A DNA stretch of 63,118 bases, counting the filler, from Licmophora abbreviata (Eukaryota), in the NCBI GenBank assembly GCA_900291995.1. It is 6 parts of 6 records of this genome, joined end to end, with 100 filler letters (N's around TTAATTAATTAA, not from the genome) between each part and the next. Parts side by side here need not be neighbours in the genome. Positions count along the whole stretch, not along the records: positions 1 to 13,972 come from OLMU01004844.1; 5 more parts are not named here. The stretch is one strand, 5' to 3'. The position numbers and the translations under genes were made by a program. The notes below the pieces were generated by a model, which saw only the letters and a program-made list of their open reading frames with translations, had not been told where the DNA came from and did not search any database. Shown piece after piece: positions 1 through 13,300 of the stretch (position 1 is the stretch's first letter; every line of letters starts with the position of its first letter).

Positions 1-1799
1 TCCGTATTGAGAGACATACTCATCGGGTGGTTGAATTCCCATCTTATCTTTCAGTGGGTAACCCCGGCTCACCATGAGATTGAAAAAGTGATGAATTCGA
101 CCAAAACGTTCTGGTCCTTCGGCACGGGGTTGGCAAACGTCCCGGTCGGAAAATTCAAAGTACTGTTTGCCCCTCCCTTCAAACTTGCAACTCCCCGGCA
201 CGTGCATGCCACTCATGTGTGCAATTTTGGTATTGGAAATTGCCTTTTGCCAGGTCCTGTTGGGAATCTCATCTCGACGACCGAAGTCAAAGACCTGCCT
301 ATGCATTCGACTCTCGTCCATTCCGTATGGGTCTTTGCCGTCAAGCAGGTGACTGTGTAGGAGCTCAGTAGGTGAAAACACCAATCGTTGCCGCATGCGT
401 CGTCTTCTTGGTAGTACTGGTCGATTTCGTCAATAATACTTCCGATACTCGCAGCTTTGGCATAGTTGCTCTCTTGCCACAATTTGTCGTTGGTAACGAT
501 CGGCAGGAAGGATTCCGACGACTGTCTATCTGTAGAAAGATGAGGTCTTGGGGTCTCTCCTGGTTGCCCCGGTGGTACCCAATACTCGTCGATGTCCCAT
601 GTTGCGCTATACGGGGCCAGGCCCTTGAAGTGATAGAGCGTTTGGTGGTAGAAGTGAAGCTTTGGGAAATCAGAGTCGCACTCGAAGTACTTTTGATGCC
701 CCGTGGCAGCTAGTAGAACTGTACCCTGTTCAAGGAATGGTGCCAGAGTTTCCTGGGCCAAGTTCAGCTCCGGCGAGTCAAGCGTCGCCTCGACACCCAC
801 CACAATCTGTTGGAAACCTGTATTCAAATGGTGCTGAACGAACTCGGGAAGGTACTTCTGCCCTCGCATTCCAAAAATGGCCGTCATGAGCCCAACCTTG
901 AACTTCGGTTGCGTAAAGTAGCTCTCAGCCTTCCCAACAATCTGAGGTCCCGCATGTCCCACTGCTGCTGTGTGGAGCGGAATGTCCACCTCGGTCACGC
1001 TGTGCGTCTGCGGGTCAGTTGCTTCCGACCCTGGTGCGTCCCGGTCGTGGTGGCGTATGGAAAAGCTCACTCGTAGTGCCCTATCATTCGAACGTTTAGA
1101 CGCTTCCACAAACTCGTCCTTTTTAACCAAGTGACTCACGTTGCAACGCCATATGAGAGTCGTTTCGCCCTGGTTGGGGTCCATTGATACGAGAGGCACG
1201 AGTTCCATTGGCACCTTTTTACCACACTTTTCGCTCACGTCACACTCGAGCTGACAGTACATGGTTGTGTTTGCTGCAAGTTCTTGGTACTTTAGGAGAC
1301 GACCCTCGGTGGGATCTTTTGTTGGACACATAGTTTCCACATCGACTTCTCTCCCCTTGCGTGTGAACCAGTCGCCGGGAAAACCAAAGAGATCTACATG
1401 CACACTCTGATCGTCCTCCTCGAAGGAAGTCGTCAGTCGTGCGCCCAGCAGGAACAGTCGTTGATAGAAAAACGTTCCAGGTAAGGGCTTACCGGAGACA
1501 GTTGTGTTGTGAACTTCTGGAGAGACCAAGAGTTTTCGAAATAGTGATGTTTCGTCCTGGAGGAGATCCTCTTCTGCTTTTCCTCTCGGACCGGCGCGTG
1601 GCATTTTATTGATGTCTACACCATGCGATAAATCTCGCCCTGCCACCGGCGGAAAGACAGTCGGTCGCAGCATGGAAGGGACGCTGATTCCACGGGTGCT
1701 CTTCATCAGTATCATGTCGACTACGACGGACCCGCCCATCATTCCTAGAAGGAAGGCCCAAAGGGTAAGGTGACTCCTTGTCAAGGCCAAGGGAACCAT
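1..1799 (-). CDS. GT92/DUF23-like (GT-A fold) type II membrane glycosyltransferase; one frameshift near 270-370; runs off the left edge
   Basis: N-terminal TM (LWAFLLGMMGGSVVV), then 'YLPEFVQHHLNTGFQQIVVGV' and the DxDE motif 'WDIDEYW'. The ORF stops at 213, but a shifted frame reads 'NRTWQKAISNTKIAHMSGMHVPGSC...IHHFF...DEYVSQYG' without a stop to base 1. Confidence 0.6.
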
Positions 1800-2258
1800 T
1801 TTGGCAGATACTGGGGAGGGCAACACGATATTTGTGGCGCTCTTCCATTGTGAAGCGAAATCACCGATGGCGTTGAAGCCGATTGTGCTCGTGATTGAGT
1901 ACATATGCCATCGCAACAGGACGAGAACAAAAAAGTGAACTCAGTTTCGGATGGTAGGGATGCCACTTATTATCATGATACTTTCAATATATACAGTGTC
2001 GAATGTATAATTCTAACACAAGCAAAGAGGGATGACGTGTGCACAGGCTTGACAGGTTTGAAAGAGTTGGAGATGAGTGCTTCCTTCATCAGAAGAGTAG
2101 CAACTCATCAATGTGAAACTGTGGTGTATAAACAATGCTTCTCTAATAATAGTTTTAGACGTTCGACCAGTCTTCTCTAGTCTCGCCTTTTTTTATAGCA
2201 AAACACTCATCGAGGCTCACAGATTCGTTCCATCATTCGCGCAAGCTAGACAAACTCT

Positions 2259-4153
2259 CTAGAACCCACCAACTTCCTCCATGCCGTCTTCAACATATTT
2301 GAGAATATTCTTCATGAATCGATCAACGACGCGCGTCTGAAGAGCAAAACACGACAGCAAGAACGAGAAAAGCAGGCGTCGTTAGCGGTCGAGTCTCTCT
2401 CGACAATAAACAAACTCGCATGCCGATACCATGTTCAGCAGAACTCACTTGATTCACGACATCGGTTCGATCCATTTCATTCAAGGGTTTCTCGCTCAAT
2501 TCACTCAAATTTTCCGTAAAGCGCTCCAACATTTCCTGATGATGCTCAAACCTCTCCTTTTGCATCCTCTTCGATTCCTCCGTGAGATAGTAGGCAAAGG
2601 TATACGTGTACTTCAGCACACGCCGGCATTCCACCAACTGTTCATTGGCGGTCCTTAAGAACTCCACATCCGTCCACTTTGCATGGGCATACTCGGACGA
2701 TTCCTGCAACAAGATCATTCGCGCTTCTGTCTCCTTCAACTGTTTCTTGGCAAACTTTTGCGCCTCGTCGTGCGCATGATAACGCTTGTAGTAATGCAGG
2801 TAGCGATCCAACTCTCGCTTTGCTTTCGCAGCATCCGACTCGTCACGAGGATTACTGCCATTGTCAGAATCAAACTTGTTGCACTTGTAGTACCCACCGG
2901 TATTGGCCCCATGGTTGTTCCAGTCGCCCGAGCAGATCCAACAAAATTCATGACGACAGCGTTGGCATGTCATGTGGTTGCATCCCTGATTCTTTTCAAT
3001 CCGACTGCTGCACTTGGGACATGCCTTGGTATTGGCGAGAATCCAATTGGCCGTTTCGCTCTCGTTTCGGCACTTTTCCCTCCACCGTGCCAATTCGGGA
3101 CACGAAGACGGCATATGCGGTTCGTCTCCACAGGCCAGACAAAAGAGAGCAAGACAGTCGTTGCAGGTAATGCATCCGCCCTCTTGTTCCTTGGCGGTCG
3201 CATTGGTCGCACAGGCAATCTTGTCACACCCCTTTCCAGGACACCAGCGCGTGAGAGCATTGCGATCCACAAAGGAGCGCAATTGAAATTGTCGATACTT
3301 GGCAATATCAGGTTCGTTCCCAATGGCGGCAACGTCCGTTTCCAACAAGACTTGATGACAATTGTTGTCGGGACAGGTCTTGCACAAACAGGCATCGACA
3401 CCCTCGAGCAACATGTTGTGACAAAAGTCTTTCCAACAGTCTACACAGAAGGAGTGATGACATGGCAAACTCCACATAGATTCCGGCGTGACGGACTCGT
3501 AACAAATGTCGCAAGTTTGGAGTTTTGTAAAAGAGCGCGTCGTTCGTGCACACAAAGACGAGGAAGGCGAAGTAGTAGCAGTGTTGGACAGCCCGATTCT
3601 CGTTTCAACTCCACAGGTTTCCAGTACTTTGGCAGAATCTCCGTAGTACGACTCCATCAACGCTTCCTTGTTGAAATTGTAGTGACGCAAGAGGACCATA
3701 CCGACCGACTCGCTGACATCCAAAACCTCACAGACGTCATTGACTCGTCGATTCATTTCCGGAATGAGTTCCTTGCTGTTCAGCATGAGAATCGTAGAGG
3801 ACGACGATGAGGAGGAGGATCCTGTAGGTGCGGGGATAAAGCAGGAAGTAAATTGAGATAACCGTGAGAAAAGGTAGGCTGACTAATCCCCCCGAAAGTT
3901 TCAGCTTTCAGTTTCAAACTTCTTGATTTTGTGTAGACTCCAGTAGGAGTTCTACGTGACCCAATCACAAAACTACGACGCACTCACCATCGACGACCGG
4001 AGCTGCATTCGGGTTTTCCGACTCGGTGGCCCAGTCCATTTCTTCTTCGTCGTCTTCATAGAAAGACGACTTCATAGCAGTATCGTTTTCCTCTGCTTCG
4101 CTGTCATCCGAGTAGTCCGAGTACGCGTACTCGTCTTCGCTGTCAGAACTCAT
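2259..4153 (-). CDS. ARI: ARIADNE-family RBR E3 ubiquitin ligase; 3 exons (4153-3988, 3821-2449, 2336-2259)
   Basis: Acidic N-terminus, RING1 (CDIC...CHHSFCVDC), IBR (WCPGKGC...CLACG.EPH.P..C), RING2 (KACPKCSSRIEKNQGCNHMTC...CWIC) and Ariadne domain (RYLHYYKRY, LKYTYTFAYY). GT-AG introns restore the frame and the end TRVVDRFMKNILKYVEDGMEEVGGF*. Confidence 0.92.
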
Positions 4154-4784
4154 CGTGATTGACTTTTCTTGTTTGGCGAAGGGAGGCTGCGCTCACGGAT
4201 TTGCAGTCGGAGTGGCTAAAAATCAGAAATTTCGAGACTTCCGGGATGCTTCCGACAGCAAACCAGAGGCGAGTGAGGAACGAAGCGGTCAGTCGCTCCG
4301 TAGACTACAACGAAATGCGACAAGGAGACGTGAAGCTGCCACCCCGTCTGATCTGGGAAAAAAGTAAGAACGAATGAGAAGAAGTGAAGGAGCCCGCGTG
4401 AGCGGAAAAGTTGGTAAACCGATACGTGCATTGAACTCACGTAGAATCCTACACGAATTCTTCAAAAGGATGTTCAGTCTCCGGGTGCTCTTTACGAATG
4501 AATGAATGTATCAATCGGTCGATTGATTCATTCACGCCGTGCAACAATCTATCATCGCTATCATACTTCTTCTAGAGGCTAAATGTCGTCCCTCTTACCA
4601 GTCGAGACAAATTGTATCGTTAGACTTCTCACTCTTGTAGGCTACGGCATAGACTACCGATACTATTTGTAGCTGGCTAGACTAGCATTAGCATGTACCA
4701 ACCTTTTTTCTTCTTCTCTCGAGAAAGAGTGAAACGCTCCATGGCAGCCTCGTCACAGTCACGTGTGTTCGACGATCCTATTTT

Positions 4785-5966
4785 CTATTGCTGCGGCTGA
4801 ATCAATCCAATTCCTCCTGCGTTTCGCTTGTACACGACACTGATTTCACTGGAATCTTTGTCACGAAAGACATAGAAGTCATGATCAATGTAATCCAAGG
4901 CGAAAATTGCTTCGTCGATCGAAATGGCCGTGCTCAAGTCGAAACTGAAAGACAGATAGAAAGGGTGATCATGTAAGAATTGATAGTGATCGATCCCACA
5001 GCAACGACCGAGGCTGTTGTGACCTCTAGATATCGTCCACGTTACAACGTGCACTCGTCGTGTCGTACCTCTTGATCTTGGTAACTTTGGGAGCTTCGGG
5101 GTCCTCAAATGTTTCGTCCGATGCTGCTGCAACCTCTTGCTCAAGAACCTCGAGTTCGTCCAGGGCTGTCTGCAAGTCATCGCCCGTCTTACTCCCTCCG
5201 TGATATCCGTCCAATCGACGTTCCTTGTACCGAGTCAGTTTGCGGGTCTAAAGTGTAGAGAGTATTGAGAATACAGAGAACGCATAATCATAGTGCATAG
5301 AAAGAGGAGGGAGGATCGCGATGAGTCAAATGAACAATGGTGTACCGCATTCTTGCATACTACTTGATAACTTCACTGTACTCACCAAGCGATCGGCAGC
5401 TTCGTCGATACTCGCGTACATGTCGGGACTTTCTCTCGTCGAACGAAGCCTGGTTCCCTTGACGTTCGTTGTCACTTCCACGCGATGAGCATTCTTGACC
5501 TGAGCATGAATTCAAGAAGCAAGTAGGAGGGGGAACGAAGACAGTGAGATACACGGTAGGAAAGAGCCGATTCTCCGCTTCGGTACGGCGCAGCTGCCCC
5601 TTTTCTTCCCGCCAGGTTTCAAGTGACACCCCTTCCACGTAGCTTTCTACACAAAATTACCGTACTGGATCTTGTTGGATCCCCATGTCAACGCACCTTT
5701 GGGTTCTTGTTGACGCTGAGATGAACCTCGCAGTCGACAATGGCTCCCTTGCTCTGCAATTTTCCCAATGGCCGTTCCATCTTTTCGTTGACATACTGGA
5801 TGAGCGACGGCGTGAGATCAATGTTATTTCCCGTGATTTCGATGGGAACCGCGGCTTCGGCGGTCTCGGACACTTTCAACAGACTCAAAGTAGAGCGTGG
5901 AGAAAACGCGACCGGGACAAAGGCCAGAGAGGGAAGGAGAGACAAGGATAGTACTAACAGACGCAT
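4785..5966 (-). CDS. Plastid-targeted long-form ribosome hibernation promoting factor (HPF/PSRP1); 4 exons
   Basis: Signal peptide with 'SLAF', 'IEITGNNIDLTPSL..YV.EK', 'DMYASIDEAADRL-TRKLTRYKER', and C-terminal 'ISIDEA...LDYIDHDFYVFRD...SVVYKR..G.GLI'. GT-AG introns join these segments in frame. Confidence 0.88.
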
Positions 5967-6587
5967 GCTTGTTTGATTTTGGAATCTACGAACGACAGAG
6001 TGCTCTTCACGACAGGCCTTTCGTTGTGAGCCGGTCAGCTGTTCGCGAAGGACTGATTGTTTGTGTGTATCACGAAGTGAGCGGAGACTGAATTTCTCGG
6101 ATTCCTCTTTTGTCAGTCGTGGACTAATCCTAAAGGAATCTTCAGTGAAATCAACTCACCCAAAGTCAACGCGAACCCGAAGACGAAGAGGGATTCCGTA
6201 TCGCGCTGTCCAACAACAGTTTTGGCGCGCGCCGAAAGACGAGGGATTGATCTCACTCATTCCTTCATTCAAGACCCTTTTAGACCCCGGGAGTCTATCG
6301 GCGATGCATCCTATCGTTCGTGTCCAAGTAGAAGCTCACACTCTGCGTCTTTCAACATTCACTGCTGTCTCACAAGAGAAGTGCAAGGTGTTGTGCGCAG
6401 TCTCGACTGGTAGACAGCTATAGAAAGTATCATAGTTCTCACTAAAGCTCAATCCTCCGTAGTGTGTTCTAGGGTACTCTTCGCATCCAGGGGAAACTGT
6501 GCGTATGAAAAACTTGTACGAATAGATGAGATCATGATGAACGTACCATAGTACCACTACTCCTATATATATACATATATATATGAA

Positions 6588-7268
6588 TTAATCCAACGCT
6601 GGGTTGACTTCAAAGTTCTTGACTGCAAAGGACGATCCGCATCCACAGGCCGATTCCGATTGCGGATTACTGGCCACCACAAAGGCCGACTTGATCATTT
6701 CTTGGACAAAGTCGATCGTACTTCCATGAATCAATTCCAAACTCGCCTCATCCACAACGACGCGAGCCACAGTTCCACTTTCATCCTCGTTACGAAAGAC
6801 GCGATCTTCCTCCTCTACAGGTTCTTGGGAATCTTCCAGAAGCTCGAATTGATATTGGAACCCGGAGCAGCCACCGGCATCGACAAAGACGCGTAGATAC
6901 ATCTCGTCCAAGGACAGGTTTCGTTTCGTGGCGAGGTTTCGAATCCGTTGGGCGCACGAAGGAGTGATGGATATAGAATAGTCATTGGAAGAAGCAGGCT
7001 TGGCAGTTTCCAGTGCAGTACTACTAGTAGTAGGAATGTCCATCATTCGTACTTTTTCTTCTTCTTCTTCTTCTTCTTGGCTTGATGCAGACGTTTTTGT
7101 CACCACAACCATAGTGCGGTGTTGTGGAGGCGCTGACACATATCTCATCAGTCTCGTTTTCGTCGAAGCAAGTACCCGATTCCAGTCTGCAGCAGTGGTC
7201 CGTTGGGACACTTGCAGCAGTCGGCGAATGCCTTGACGTAACACAGGTTTCATCATTACGGCTGACAT
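6588..7268 (-). CDS. ISCA2: Mitochondrial iron-sulfur cluster assembly A-type carrier (ISCA2/HesB family)
   Basis: Motifs 'LRVFVDAGGCSGFQY' and 'NPQSESACGCGSSF'; Arg-rich mitochondrial-type presequence. Confidence 0.85.
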   Translation of the reverse strand: MSAVMMKPVLRQGIRRLLQVSQRTTAADWNRVLASTKTRLMRYVSAPPQHRTMVVVTKTSASSQEEEEEEEKVRMMDIPTTSSTALETAKPASSNDYSISITPSCAQRIRNLATKRNLSLDEMYLRVFVDAGGCSGFQYQFELLEDSQEPVEEEDRVFRNEDESGTVARVVVDEASLELIHGSTIDFVQEMIKSAFVVASNPQSESACGCGSSFAVKNFEVNPALD

Positions 7269-7747
7269 GCCTGCACTTTCTATACTCGATCGATCGAGGA
7301 GCTTTGGATGTCTCTTACCACGCAAACAAAAAAAGTACAACTAGTAGTTCGATCCCGCCGCTTGTATCATCTATCTTGTGTGCCTTCTTGTGTGAGACTA
7401 GACTTTTCGATCGAACTCTCGCGCAATGTTTGGTTTCTTCCTTCGCACGTGAGAAAAACCCGGAGGCTTGCGCACTGACGTGAGAGGAAGGCTGCGTTGG
7501 TCCGTTCTCATTTTGTGAGAACGAGAAACGTCGTAGAAACAGTACGGAGAGCCTCGTAGACCGTGCCACCCAAGTTTGTGTCAGCGCGCGCGAGAAAGGA
7601 GAACGATGCTGGTATAGTCTAGACTAGACTATAAGCTATTGCATTCGCTCTTTCGATTTCGAGAAACCAAGCTCAAAGTCACTATTAGAAGAGCAGCAAA
7701 TTCATCAGGTTTCGTTCGTGCGTGGCTTGTTTCATCATCTTCACAGA

Positions 7748-10112
7748 ATGAAGCTTTCCTTGGCTGCGTTGCTCCTCTCCGCGGCTTCCCGCCACGCCTT
7801 TTCATTTTCGACACTGCCCCGTCGAGCGTCATTCTCGCTCGCACAAGACACAAGGACAGTCCAAAGTAGCAGCAGCAGCAGCAGCAGCAGCTTGGAAGCT
7901 GTCGTCGACAGCAGTGCCTTGATGATCAACAGGAGAATCTCTGCCATGACCTTTCGAGAACTGCAACGGGAATGTGTGTCGAGGGAATTGGATTCTGCCG
8001 GCACGACGGCGACGTTGCGCGCTCGTCTTCGTCAAGCATTGCTCGGGGATGACTATATATGTGAGCCAGAAGATGAAGAGTGTGTCGTACCGGTAAGACA
8101 ATACGGAGAACGACTCGAAAGTGTGCTGTGTGCGGAATTGGAAACAAGGGAATCTCAGAAAGACATGCTCTCTCCTCTCACTCTCACTGATTGTAGCAAG
8201 TAAACTTGGAAGGCCTTGTGGACTTTGCGGACGAGTCGGACCCTGACTTTGAGTACAAGGAAATTCTGCAAGAAGTCACGGAAAAGGCAGAGGTGGGACA
8301 CTGGAAGGCGGCCACGCGCAGACTCAAAAAGTTGACCCGTCGCTTTCCTCTCAAAACCATCCCGGAAGAAACCTACATTGCGACGCTGCAAGCCTGCATG
8401 GCGGATCGATTGCATGGGGCTCGAGCGTCGGAACCGGCTCGGAAAGTCGTAGAGAGCATGGCGGATGCTGGCTATGAAATCCCGGTAGACGTAGCGAACC
8501 ACTGTGTGCAGAACTGTCTGGGCTACGGCCCGAATGCGACGCACGATGGGTGCGGGGGGATCGATACGGCCTTGGCCATGATGGCGGCCATTGAAACCAC
8601 CAGTAGCAGCGGACCCGATATCCTGACGGCTGAGTCCTATAGCAGGCTCGTTTCAGCTCTTGTTCGCAACCACGAGGTTGAAGAGGGGATGGCCAAGTTG
8701 AGAAGCATGGTCGTTGACCATTCCTTCACTCCGTCGTTGGAACTCTTTGCTCAGGTTGCCATGGCAGCCAGTTCGGATGATGCCGAGAAGACGCTCAGTG
8801 TTCTGGCATACGCCAAGGCGGCAGGATACGAACTAGACACGGTGGCGGCGACGGAAGATGGCCGGAAGATGCTCGCGGCCGGTGTGATTGCGGCTGAAAA
8901 GATGAACAACCTCGGTTTGGGATTGCGACTCCTCACTGCCGCCAGCAAGGCCGAGGGATGTGCACCGGATCGTGGCGACGATCTCGTTTCCTCGTCGTCC
9001 TCGGCGGCACAGCGGGCGAGTATGCTCATTCACAAGCGTGCCATTAATGCTGCCGTGAACGAGGGAAACTGGCGATTGGCTGTGAAGCTTCTCGGGGTCA
9101 TGACGGAACGCTCCCTCAAACCCTCCCCATGGCTCTGGCGGAATGTTGTCACGTGTTGTGCAAAGGCCGAGAAGAGTCGAAAGGCAACGGCTCTCTTGCT
9201 AGACTGGGTAGGTCATTATTTTATATGAGCGATCTTTCTCAATTTGTGGAAAAGAATTTGTTTCTCATCCTTGAGCAATCCCATGCGTACCACCACACAG
9301 GTTAAACTCGCCAACAATGGTGAACTCGAAAAGCCTCCACTGTCGGTATTCAACACGGTTGTCAACGCCTGTGAAATTTGCGACGAGCACGAACTGACGC
9401 TCGTTGTTTTGGAGACAATGAAGAATACACACCAGACGGAAGGAAACACGGTCACTTTCAATATTGCTTTGAAACGACTTGCTAAATTGGGCAATCCCCA
9501 CGGCTGTGAAGGTATCATTATTGGTATGCTACAGAATGGAATCGAACCCACGGTGGTCTCGTACACTACTGCGATCGCGGCTTGTGTCGGTTGCGAACCG
9601 AAAGATGCGACTTTTGCTTACGAGTGGCTAAAGCGGATGCGCTCAAGGAACGTGTCGCCGAACGTACTGACGTACAACACCGCTTTGGCAGCTGTCTAGA
9701 TGGCAAGCTGGAGAACACCATACTGGGATCCACAATTGCAACAGAAATGGTGGAGGACGTTGAGAGGCAGGTGGCCGGCGGCACTGACGAGTCGCAGAAA
9801 GATGCTATTTTCACAAACGTTCTTCCCGACCCGTACACAAAGGGTCTAGCGCGACAGCTGATGAAACAGCTGCGTGAGAACTGGAGAAGCGGTGACATAA
9901 ACATGCAGGAAGCGAAAGCAACTGTTCGCGTACCTCTGCTCAAGTTGGTTGACTTCCAGAAGACCGACACTGCTCAAAGCTTGAAACTGCAGAAGGAAGA
10001 GGCGGAGAAGAAGCGCGAAAAGGACGAAGATCAAGTGGAAGTAACGGAGGAAGGCGAAGCTGAGCTGGAGTATGCATCAACTGAGAGCCTGCGACGAGCA
10101 GCCGAAGTGTAG
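7748..10112 (+). CDS. Plastid-targeted SAP-domain plus pentatricopeptide-repeat (PPR) protein; exons 7748-8091, 8197-9207, 9301-10112 with a 1-nt frameshift at about 9693
   Basis: Signal peptide ending 'AFSF', SAP motif 'MTFRELQRECVSRELDSAGTTATLRARL', and PPR-like repeats 'PTVVSYTTAIAAC', 'PNVLTYNTAL', 'LSVFNTVVNAC'. Confidence 0.78.
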
Positions 10113-10383
10113 AGACTCTATACGCCATACAATTACGTCGTACATACGACCTGAACCACTCTAGCACTCATACACTCTCAATGGTTTTTTTTGGCTAAAA
10201 TTTTCCGTAAACCTCCTACTGTAGTTCCACCGGTGCAGTTACGCTAAAGAACAATAGTTTACCCGTGACACAACTAACAAAGACTTATTATGGCTTGAGT
10301 GTATGAAGATGACACTGCACGGCGAGCTAAGGAATATGTCGTCGGAGTAGCTTTGACAAACGTTTGTAGCATGCACGTCCTTC

Positions 10384-13300
10384 TTAGGTGATGACGGTGG
10401 GAGTCTCGGTTCCGCAAAACTCCTTGATGTTGCAAAGTCCGAGCGCGACCTCCACAAGTTCCTCCAATGCATCCGAAACCAGCATGCCAGCGTTGGATGG
10501 CTCGTACTGCTCGATGTACATGCGCACAGTCGCACCAGATCCAGCTGTTCCAGACAAACGGAAGACAATGCGTGATCCATCACTCATGAGGAACCGAATG
10601 CCCTGCTTCTTCGCAACGGATCCGTCAACGGGGTCGACATAGGTGAAGTCGTCTGCGGTAGCGATTGTGTATTTTCCAACGGTGCGACCCGCGTTGGACG
10701 CAGTGTCGGCGCGCATTTTGTCCATCATGGCTGTAGCGCCAGTCTTGTCCATGCCCTCGAAGTCCCATCGGCAGTAGTAATTGCGGCCGTATTTGGCCCA
10801 GTGCTTCTTGACAATATCTTCGACCGTCACGAGAGGAGTGGAAGCATCTGTGTTAACAGATGCGAGAACGGAGAGCCATGCTAGAACCGCCCAGATACCG
10901 TCCTTCTCGCGGATGTGGTCCGAGCCAGTTCCGAAACTTTCCTCACCACAGATGAAAGGGGTGTAATCGATGCCGCCATAGATAGCCTTGGAATCCATCA
11001 AGTTTCCAAAGTACTTCCAACCCGTGGGCGTCTCGAAGAGATCGAAGTTCATGTCCTTCGCAACACGGTCGACAGCCCCACTTGTTGGCATGGAGCGTGC
11101 TACTCCCTTCAATCCGCCTTGTGTGCGGAAGAAAGGAATGGCATCGGCATATGCAGCAATGACGGCGAGAGAATCTGAAGGCGTCACAAAGAACTGAGAT
11201 CCGAGGATCATATTACGATCGGCGTCACCGTCAGCCGCAGCGCCAAAAGAAGGCACCTTGCGACCGCCCACGTCAATCTTGAGTCCCTTCTTGTCGAGCC
11301 CCATGATCTCGACGAGCTCTTTTGCGTAAGTAAGGTTGGGATCAGCGTGCCCACCATTGAAGTCGTCCTTCGGGATGGCGTTGAGGCAGACATCCTCGGA
11401 TTGACCGAGCTCGTCAACAAAGACTGCCTTGGCGTATGGCCCATTCACGCCGTGCATGGAATCGTAAATCATCGAGAAGTCATCGCGGTCCAACAATGCC
11501 TTGATTGCGCTGAAGTCGAAAATACTCTTGAGAAGGTCGACATGGCTCTTCGTTGCATCAATGACTTCGACATTGACCTCCGTGCTTCCATCCGCACTGA
11601 CAACCGACGTGTTTCCAACAGAACTGAGATCCACAGTGGGAAAGTCGGCGCAGATCTTGTAACTCTTGATTGTACCCGTGTTCGCGTACATGGCGCTTGT
11701 TAGCTTCTCAGGGGCGGGTCCACCGTTTTCGCAGTTGTATTTGATTCCAAAGTCCTCCTCTGGACCACCAGGATTGTGACTAGCAGTCAAGATGAACGCC
11801 CCAAAAGCCTTTTGCCAGACGGGACCACGCTCGCGAATAATTGCCGAAACTGCAGGGGTGGAGAGTAGTCCATCCTGTCCAATCCAGAAACGCTTCACAC
11901 CGTTGGCCACACCCATCTTGATGATCGTCTGAATGGCATCAGGGTTAAAATAACGTCCGTCTCCTCCAATCACGAGCGTTCCCTCCGACACATCAGTACC
12001 AGATTCCTTGATCGCATCAAACGCCGCCTGGACAAAGTTGTTGAGGTAGTTCTCGCTCATGAACAGCTTCGTCTTCTTGCGTAGACCCGACGTACCCGGC
12101 TTCTGCCCATCAATCGGAGACGTTGATACAGTTGTTGGCTTGAGGAGACCCATACCAACAGCATCTGCCAAGTCAAGATCGCCAGTGACTTCTCCAGCAG
12201 GCACTAACTTGGATTCATCGCTGCTATTGACAATGGAAACTTCACCGACAAACTTGGTCTGCTTGCCCATCCGCACCAATCCTTTCACCTTGAGGCGCTT
12301 GCACATCACCAAGGAAGGAATGCCTCCCGCTGTGGCTTCCTCCAACGCTCCCACGAGCTTGTATTTCTTGCTGTCCAGCTCCATGACGGGAGCGACGCCA
12401 CCGCAGGCCGGGTTGAGGACCGGACGGTGGTCGGGCGTGAGCACGTACGCATCGCTTCGCAACAGCAGCAAATCGTTGCACTTCTTGACGGGAGCAAAGC
12501 GAGTACGAGGGACCACAATGGCTGTGGCACCCTCAAAACACTCAATGGCAGCGCCCATGGCAGTTTCGAGCTGCACCACCTTTTGCGACGAGTCGTCCTT
12601 GGGGTCGACCGTCTTTTTGTTCTTAATCATGGGAAGTGGAATGAAGCCGCCATGTGTATCAATGATTTCCTTCAGCTTGTCGATACGAATCCACAAGTTG
12701 TTGGTATTGAAGAAACGATGCTTGGTGACATCCTGGAAGGAGGCTTCGTCCTCGTCGGCGCACATGGCAGACTCACGGAGTATGAGCTGGTTGTCGCTGT
12801 TGCGGAAGGCCAAATGTCCCCCCTTCTTGTCGTTCTCAGTACGTTCACAGCATTCCATCATGAAGGGTGCTTCAGTCTGAGCAAAGTGCGTGAGGATACT
12901 CATATCGAGGGTGGCACCAAGGTTGTCCGAGTTGGAAACAAACATGTACTTGAATCCGCCGGCGAGGAGTGCGTCGAGGCGGCCGGAACCGACCATGGCG
13001 GCGTACAAATCACCGTGACCAGGAGGACACCACTCATTGTCTGGGTTGCTTTCGCAAACGGCAGGCTGAACGAGGATAGATGAGAGTGGAGGGTCACAGA
13101 GCAAAGGGTAAGCAAAACATTCAATCATGATTTGTCAATAGCCATATGGTGGCACAAAAGAAAGTACAGTACGTACCTCAAAGGTGGTGGCATCCAACTT
13201 GGGAACCTTGTTCTGCATCATTTCAATTCCGTCTTCAGCAGCAAGTTCGGGATACTTTCCCTTCAAGAAGGCTAGCGTGTCTTCGCTGGTCGAGAAGGAG

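Noticed and set aside
2683..3810. 375-aa plus-strand ORF and similar long antisense ORFs (12059-12880, 22173-23126, 45683-46294, 53894-54742)
   Set aside because: Shadow frames opposite well-supported genes, with no motifs of their own.
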